Of a stretch of 64,000 bases of DNA, positions 58,532 through 64,000 are shown piece after piece. The stretch comes from Thermoproteota archaeon. Its GTDB lineage: Archaea; Korarchaeota; Korarchaeia; B14-G2. The notes under the pieces are model-generated. The model worked only from the letters and a program-made list of their open reading frames with translations, had not been told where the DNA came from and did not search any database. Where the stretch lies: positions 64,001-128,000 of the forward strand of contig JAVCBW010000005.1 of NCBI GenBank assembly GCA_037917675.1, read 5' to 3'. Both the position numbers and the translations under genes were made by a program. Each line of letters opens with the position of its first letter. Position 1 is the stretch's first letter.

Positions 58532-59979
58532 ACTTCAGGGACTTCTCTGATAGCTTCCTCTATCGCTTTCTTCCTCCTGAGCCTTATGGCATATGCAACT
58601 ATGGCTATGACAACAGCTAACATTGTAGCAAGCATCATGACTGTAGCAGCCTTGATTCCCTCCTCTCCTTCTGGCTGTAGTGTGCTAGCTGACGGCGGTG
58701 ATAGCTGTTCTCTAGGAGATGCTGTAGGTGTTAGCTCTGTAGGTGGTGTTATCGTAGGTGTAGGAGAAGGCTTAGGAGAGGGAGCTACAGTGAATGTGAT
58801 AGCTGAACGCATGTAGCCGCTCTTAGACACAGTTAAGTTATGTAAGCCACTTGCCACTGGCATGTAGACTGTGCCCTTGCTGTCAGTGTAGTATACTATG
58901 GTCGTCCCATTGGAGTATCTGGCTACAACCTCAGCTCCTCTGACAGGCTCTCTAGATATGGCGTCAAGCACCTTCACTTTAGCTATTCTAGCTGGCTGCA
59001 GAGCTACTTCAATCAGCAGCTTTCTGAGCACGCTTATTTCCAGCCAAGTCGTATTGAGGTATTTCCCATCAGCCCGCACTACTACCTTAACCCTATATGA
59101 ACCTGGAGGGGGGAGCTCTATCTCTAGAGGGATTTCCTCAGATGTTTCTGCTAGTGGAAGAGCTGTGAAAGCCTTTCTTCCAGATACACTAGCCTCTGGG
59201 ATACTCCATAGGACTTCTATGCCTATGGGAGTAGATAGCTCGTGTGCTACTGTGACTAGCAACTGATAGCCTGTAGTCTTGTTCCTCAGCTGTACATTAG
59301 AGTAGATTTTAGGCTGCACTAGGAACACTCGATGGGTAGCTGTTAGGGTTATGTTGCCAGCGGAAATCTCTAATTGCAGATCATATGGGCCAGCACTCCA
59401 GTTTGAGGTTACAATCTGGAGCTCAGGAGAATCTATGTCTGTAATGGAGCTTGGAGGCAGTACTGTATCTATTTGAGACGTACGTATCAATCTATCACCT
59501 GAGAATACTGTCATCTTGATGCTGACAGCTATAGAGCTGTTGATAGTGTTTGCTAGCTTGAAGCTTAGAGGGATCCTTGACCCTATAGGGATCTCATATG
59601 GCATCGATGAGGGGATCAAAATTATGGGAGGCACTTCAACTCTGAAGTAGTATGTAGCTAGCAGCTGTGATCCTACTCTGACCTCTAACTTCCATACACC
59701 TTGTGAGGAGGAGATTGGAAGCTTATATGTGTACGTGGCTTCTCCTAGAGTCACATAGATGAGGCTCTCATCTACTATAGTCCCATTTGGAGCATAGAGA
59801 GTAGCTAGTAGAGCTACCCCTGAGACAGCCTCACCCTCCCGGGTTCTAAGGTACATCACACACTGTATGTTTTCTAGTGGATGATAGGATTCTCTCGTGA
59901 ACCCACCTGTGATGGTGTACTGTTGTACAGGCGATACCTGTAGTAGTATAGTAGCTAGAGCTAAGATTAGAGCTCTCAG
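58528..59979 (-). CDS. Secreted, membrane-anchored surface protein (Ig-like and carboxypeptidase-regulatory-like domains, P/T linker, TM); probable CTG start
   Basis: Frame extends 120 nt beyond the ORF-track start to (L)RALILALATILLQVS signal peptide; SD GGTGA 6 nt upstream; PSPKPSPTPT linker; C-terminal TM plus RRKK. Confidence 0.75.
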   Translation of the reverse strand: MRALILALATILLQVSPVQQYTITGGFTRESYHPLENIQCVMYLRTREGEAVSGVALLATLYAPNGTIVDESLIYVTLGEATYTYKLPISSSQGVWKLEVRVGSQLLATYYFRVEVPPIILIPSSMPYEIPIGSRIPLSFKLANTINSSIAVSIKMTVFSGDRLIRTSQIDTVLPPSSITDIDSPELQIVTSNWSAGPYDLQLEISAGNITLTATHRVFLVQPKIYSNVQLRNKTTGYQLLVTVAHELSTPIGIEVLWSIPEASVSGRKAFTALPLAETSEEIPLEIELPPPGSYRVKVVVRADGKYLNTTWLEISVLRKLLIEVALQPARIAKVKVLDAISREPVRGAEVVARYSNGTTIVYYTDSKGTVYMPVASGLHNLTVSKSGYMRSAITFTVAPSPKPSPTPTITPPTELTPTASPREQLSPPSASTLQPEGEEGIKAATVMMLATMLAVVIAIVAYAIRLRRKKAIEEAIREVPEV

Positions 59980-60013
59980 ACTTAATCACCAAGTCAGTCT
60001 GGGAATCAGCATA

Positions 60014-61399
60014 TTAATCCTTTCCTTCAGAAGACCTGCATGTTAGCCTTCTCTCCACAGCTTCTATAGCATCTGCTTCACCGAGAACCCTCACCTTCTC
60101 TCCAGGCAGAAGCTCTCGCGACACACGTGGGATCTCAGGATCCCCTCCCCGTGTGTAAACTAAGGTTACTGTGACACCCATCTCCTGTATCTCACCTACT
60201 GTAGGGGCTAGATGTGTATCTACTTCTATCAGCTTGAATAATGGTGCACCTGACTTGTAGAAGGATGGTGATCTAAGCTCCATCTCCTCTCCTTTAGTGA
60301 TGAGAACTTCGACAATCCTCTCGCTTGCCTTCCCATCTCCAAATGGACAAGGCTGCTCTCTTGCCTTCTCCCGGATATCAGGGTCATATATTATCCTCCT
60401 CACAGCACTGACTATCTTCTCTGTAGCACATCCAACTAGGATATTGGTTCCTAGCTCCACTGTTTCCGGCCTCTCTGTGTTCCTTCTCAAGGTTATGCAT
60501 GGGATCCCTATTGCAGCAGCCTCTTCTTGTACGCCTCCTGAGTCTGTCAGTACAAGCATGCTTGCCTGTAATACTCTTAGGAAGTCTATGTACCTTAGAG
60601 GCTTTAGCAAGTATAGGTGCTCTATCTTCTTGGCTCTCTTCCAGAGGCCCTGCGCCTTTAGAGCTTCCTGCGTCCTAGGGTGTACAGGAAATAGGAATAT
60701 CAGGTCATCTAGCTGCTCTATTGCAGCCAGGATCCTCTCCAGAGCCTGCTTAGTCACATTGCTTGGCCTATGAACTGTTATAGTAGCTATAGCCATGTCT
60801 TCACTCAGACCTAGGTCTTCTATGACATCAGACTCCTCTCTAGCCTTATCTAGGTATTTTACTAGAGCATCTATGCCTGTGTTCCCTGTAACATAGACTG
60901 ATGAGGGGGGGACTCCCTCATATAGGAGGTTTAAGGCAGCTCTCTCTGTTGGAGCAAAGTTCAGAGAGGATATCGAGTCTACTATCCTCCTGTTCACCTC
61001 CTCTGGCATCGTCATGTCAAAGCTTCTGAGACCTGCCTCTATGTGCGCAAATGGAATACCTAGTTTAACAGATGCTATTGCTGCTGCCAGCACTGAGTTT
61101 GTGTCTCCCTGAGCCAGGCATAGGTCTGGTTTAAAGGTAGATATTACATGCTCTGCCTTCACCATGGTTTCTCCTGTCTGGGAGGCATGAGAGCCTGAAC
61201 CCACCTCTAAGTCGAAGTCTGGCTCTCCTAAGTTAAAGTCTGATAGAATAGCATCTCTCAGCATTCTATCGTAATGCTGGCCTGTATAGCAGAGCGCCCA
61301 TTCAATCTCAGGATGCATCTGAAGCTTCTCGAGTACCGGTGCGGTCTTAACTATCTCAGGTCTAGTTCCAACAAATACGAGAAGTCTCAATGGGATCAC
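60014..61399 (-). CDS. wecB: UDP-GlcNAc 2-epimerase (non-hydrolysing) with C-terminal RCK_C/TrkA-C-like domain
   Basis: GTRPEIVK, TGQHYD, QGDT, HIEAGLRS, PEE.NR, TDSGGVQEEA, TERPE, GDG; extra tail ...LLPGEKVRVLG. Confidence 0.9.
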   Translation of the reverse strand: MIPLRLLVFVGTRPEIVKTAPVLEKLQMHPEIEWALCYTGQHYDRMLRDAILSDFNLGEPDFDLEVGSGSHASQTGETMVKAEHVISTFKPDLCLAQGDTNSVLAAAIASVKLGIPFAHIEAGLRSFDMTMPEEVNRRIVDSISSLNFAPTERAALNLLYEGVPPSSVYVTGNTGIDALVKYLDKAREESDVIEDLGLSEDMAIATITVHRPSNVTKQALERILAAIEQLDDLIFLFPVHPRTQEALKAQGLWKRAKKIEHLYLLKPLRYIDFLRVLQASMLVLTDSGGVQEEAAAIGIPCITLRRNTERPETVELGTNILVGCATEKIVSAVRRIIYDPDIREKAREQPCPFGDGKASERIVEVLITKGEEMELRSPSFYKSGAPLFKLIEVDTHLAPTVGEIQEMGVTVTLVYTRGGDPEIPRVSRELLPGEKVRVLGEADAIEAVERRLTCRSSEGKD

Positions 61400-61450
61400 C
61401 TTAAATGAACAGCATATTTAAGAAGTTTAGCAGCTGTCTCTAGGCTGAGC

Positions 61451-62536
61451 ATGTGCATGAGAGAGCAGCTACCTAGAACCATTGAGTGGATGGATGGCAG
61501 AGTTCGATTCATCAATCAGCTTAAGCTGCCTGATAAGCTTGAGTATGTTGAGACAAGCAGCCCTGAGAGAGTAGCAGAAGCCATATCCAGGATGGAGATA
61601 AGGGGTGCCCCAGCTATAGGTGTTGCAGCAGCTATGACGCTTGCTTTAGCTGCTGTCAACTCTCAGGGGGAGAATATTCTTGACGCCGTCAAGAAGACAG
61701 CTGAGACTCTGCTTTCCACTAGACCTACAGCATATAACCTCTATGGAGCGGTCAGTAGAGTCCTCAGGAGAGCAGAGGAAGCCTGTAATGCTGGCGAAGA
61801 CGCTACCAGGGCTATAGTAGAGGAGGCTCTCAAGATAGCTCACGAAGATGAAGAGGCAAATAGGAGGATAGGTAAAGCTGGCGAGCAGCTCATAGAGGAG
61901 GGAGCTAGAGTTCTTACGATATGCAATGCAGGGTCTTTAGCAACCTCATACTATGGGACAGCTACAGCCCCCATGTATGCAGCACATGAGAGAGGTAAGA
62001 GCTTTGAGGTTATTGTCCTTGAAACTAGACCTTACCTTCAGGGAGCTAGGCTCACAGCATGGGAGCTAAGTAGATGCGGGATTAAGGTCACAATAGCTCC
62101 AGATAACCACATGGGCATCTTGATGCAGAGAGGACTCGTCGACATAGTACTCACTGGAGCAGATAGAGTAGCTATCAGCGGGCATGTCGCAAATAAAGTC
62201 GGGACATATCCGCTTGCAGTCATGGCACATAGGCACTCAGTACCTCTATACGTCTGCTCACCTATGTCTACAGTAGACCCTAAGGTAAGCGGAGAGAACA
62301 TGCCTATTGAGACTAGGAGCGCAGATGAGGTACTGTACTTTGCAGGCAAGAGGATAGCACCAGAGGGAGTTAATGCAGTCTACTATGCTTTTGATGTGAC
62401 GCCACCAGAACTGATCACAGGTATAGTAACCGAGCTTGGGATAGCTGAGCCTCCATATCAAAGGAGCCTTAAGATGCTAGTTGAGCAATATTATGCTCTC
62501 CATGGGAGTAATTTAAATAGAGGGTTAGGATGGTAG
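61451..62536 (+). CDS. mtnA: Methylthioribose-1-phosphate isomerase / eIF2B-like protein
   Basis: IRGAPAIG, RPTA.NL, TICNAG.LAT, ETRP.LQGARLTAWE, GADR, NKVGT, FDVTP. Confidence 0.88.
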   Translation: MCMREQLPRTIEWMDGRVRFINQLKLPDKLEYVETSSPERVAEAISRMEIRGAPAIGVAAAMTLALAAVNSQGENILDAVKKTAETLLSTRPTAYNLYGAVSRVLRRAEEACNAGEDATRAIVEEALKIAHEDEEANRRIGKAGEQLIEEGARVLTICNAGSLATSYYGTATAPMYAAHERGKSFEVIVLETRPYLQGARLTAWELSRCGIKVTIAPDNHMGILMQRGLVDIVLTGADRVAISGHVANKVGTYPLAVMAHRHSVPLYVCSPMSTVDPKVSGENMPIETRSADEVLYFAGKRIAPEGVNAVYYAFDVTPPELITGIVTELGIAEPPYQRSLKMLVEQYYALHGSNLNRGLGW

Positions 62537-62543
62537 AGGCCTC

Positions 62544-63722
62544 TTGAGCGAAAGGAGATCTGTCCGTGAGATACTGGTTGAGCTTAAAGATACAGCATCC
62601 TATGTTGTTAGCTTAGCATACGCCTCTCTTCTATCTAGGAATGTAGAGCTTGCTAGAGAAGTCATTGAGCTAGAGAATGAGGTAAGAGACCTGAGAGACG
62701 ACTTGCTTGAAGCTATCCTCCTTGCTGCCAGAAGTGCGCGTAGAAGAGAAGAGGTGAGGTCTCTCACCACACTACTAGAGGTAGGGTATGTTTCCATGCA
62801 GATAGCTAACGCAGCTGCAGACATAGCTAAGCTTGCTATGGCAGGAGGCCCTCTGCCTCTCTACCTTGTTAAGGCACTTAAGGAATCTGAGATTGTGACT
62901 AGCATAGCTACAGTGAGCAGTAGATCTAAGCTTGTAGGCAAGAGGCTAGCTGAGCTCTTTAACCCACCCATCCTAGGTGGGTGTGATGTATTAGCTATAA
63001 GAAGAGGGAGGACATGGATATTTGACTATGATGCTGACGAGGTTATCGAGGAAGGAGATCAGCTTCTGTTGAAGGGAACAGCAAAGGGGGTTAGGGAGGC
63101 AAGCGCAGCACTTGGAGGAGAAATCGTGGTCCAGGGGCCTCTTGGAATGGTCGATCTACCAGTCATAAGGAACATCTTAAGGAGGATGAAAGACATCTCT
63201 GAGAGCATGATTGAGCTAGCTTACACAGCTCTGATATATGATAACATCGAGATAGCTAGAGAAGTCATCAAGCTAGAAGAGCAAGTGGATAGGCTTTACA
63301 CACAGTTTGAGAGAGAAGTGCTTAAGGTGGCTGGAGCTGACCTGGCAAGCAGCTTACCTCCAGCTCTTAGGGTAGCAATAGCCTCTGAGGGCATCGCCGA
63401 TGCAGCAGCAAGCCTAGCTGAGCTTGTTATAGACAGGATAACAGCTCACCCAGTACTTAAAATAGTCTTCAGAGAAGCAGAGGAGACTGCTATCCTAACT
63501 AGAGTTAGACATGGCTCGTATCTAGATGAGAGAGGGATAGCGGAATCAGGTATTGAAGAAAAGAGCGGGATGAGAATTGTTGCAGTCAAGAGAGGAGGAA
63601 GGTGGATAGTAAACCCGCCAGCTAACTACGTGGTTAAGAGGGGAGATCTGATCGTAGCTGTAGGCATGCCAGAAGGAGCAAGAGTCCTCCTTAGCATGGT
63701 GGAGGGGGATGGGAGCACATAG
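62544..63722 (+). CDS. Duplicated PhoU/TrkA-C domain protein
   Basis: Two repeats of KD.S...LAY..L..N.E.AREV..LE followed by AIRRG..W...GD RCK_C. Confidence 0.85.
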   Translation: MSERRSVREILVELKDTASYVVSLAYASLLSRNVELAREVIELENEVRDLRDDLLEAILLAARSARRREEVRSLTTLLEVGYVSMQIANAAADIAKLAMAGGPLPLYLVKALKESEIVTSIATVSSRSKLVGKRLAELFNPPILGGCDVLAIRRGRTWIFDYDADEVIEEGDQLLLKGTAKGVREASAALGGEIVVQGPLGMVDLPVIRNILRRMKDISESMIELAYTALIYDNIEIAREVIKLEEQVDRLYTQFEREVLKVAGADLASSLPPALRVAIASEGIADAAASLAELVIDRITAHPVLKIVFREAEETAILTRVRHGSYLDERGIAESGIEEKSGMRIVAVKRGGRWIVNPPANYVVKRGDLIVAVGMPEGARVLLSMVEGDGST

Positions 63723-64000
63723 AAGGCCTAACACGCTGTCTTTTGCTGGACTCACAGGATATGAGTATGATAGTATAAGATATGTTATAGTACCTGTACC
63801 ATATGACTCGACTGCCAGCTTCCACCCTGGAGCTAGAGAGGGGCCCTTTAAGGTGCTTAGGGCATCAGAGGAGCTTGAACTATATGATCCTAAGCTAGGG
63901 GTGACGCCAGCTGAGGCAGGTATAGCAACAGCTAGTGATCTAGAGCTTCCACTTGGTAATCCAGTAGAAGCTATCAGAGCCATAGAGGACTTATGCTATC
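63709..64000 (+). CDS. speB: Agmatinase / arginase-family protein (3' end runs off window)
   Basis: Manual translation ...VPYDSTASFHPGAREGPFKVLRASEELELYD...; not in ORF track. Confidence 0.85.
   Translation, partial: MGAHRRPNTLSFAGLTGYEYDSIRYVIVPVPYDSTASFHPGAREGPFKVLRASEELELYDPKLGVTPAEAGIATASDLELPLGNPVEAIRAIEDLCY

Noticed and set aside
80-63983. Numerous 60-240 aa antisense or alternate-frame ORFs rich in Ser/Leu/Pro/Thr
   Set aside because: They are shadows of purine-rich real genes on the other strand, with no motifs or SD support.

Overview
Gene-dense core chromosomal segment of a thermophilic-looking archaeon. A TACK/Thermoproteota-type lineage is inferred from GGTGA-type Shine-Dalgarno sites, TFB/TBP, Alba, thermosome, the GINS23-MCM pair, an aKMT-like methyltransferase and non-canonical tRNA introns. 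About 60 mostly housekeeping CDS cover information processing, central carbon, nucleotide and SAM/polyamine metabolism, plus several secreted or membrane-anchored proteins. Features missing from the ORF track include: two tRNA-Leu genes with bulge-helix-bulge introns (one with two introns); three inteins in a GINS-MCM-Hel308 operon; rpoP; a 55-aa, 8-Cys protein; a small AT-rich foreign island behind tRNA-Leu(CAA), holding a GH99/GH71-like pseudogene and an IS6-like remnant; and an intergenic TnpB fossil. At least two genes appear to need CTG start codons. Several palindromes sit at promoters, including a hairpin that hides the alba Shine-Dalgarno site. I found no CRISPR array, intact mobile element or obvious multi-gene novel system. 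The best leads are small regulatory or RNA-level features and a few uncharacterised proteins. All family assignments come from recalled motifs, not database searches.
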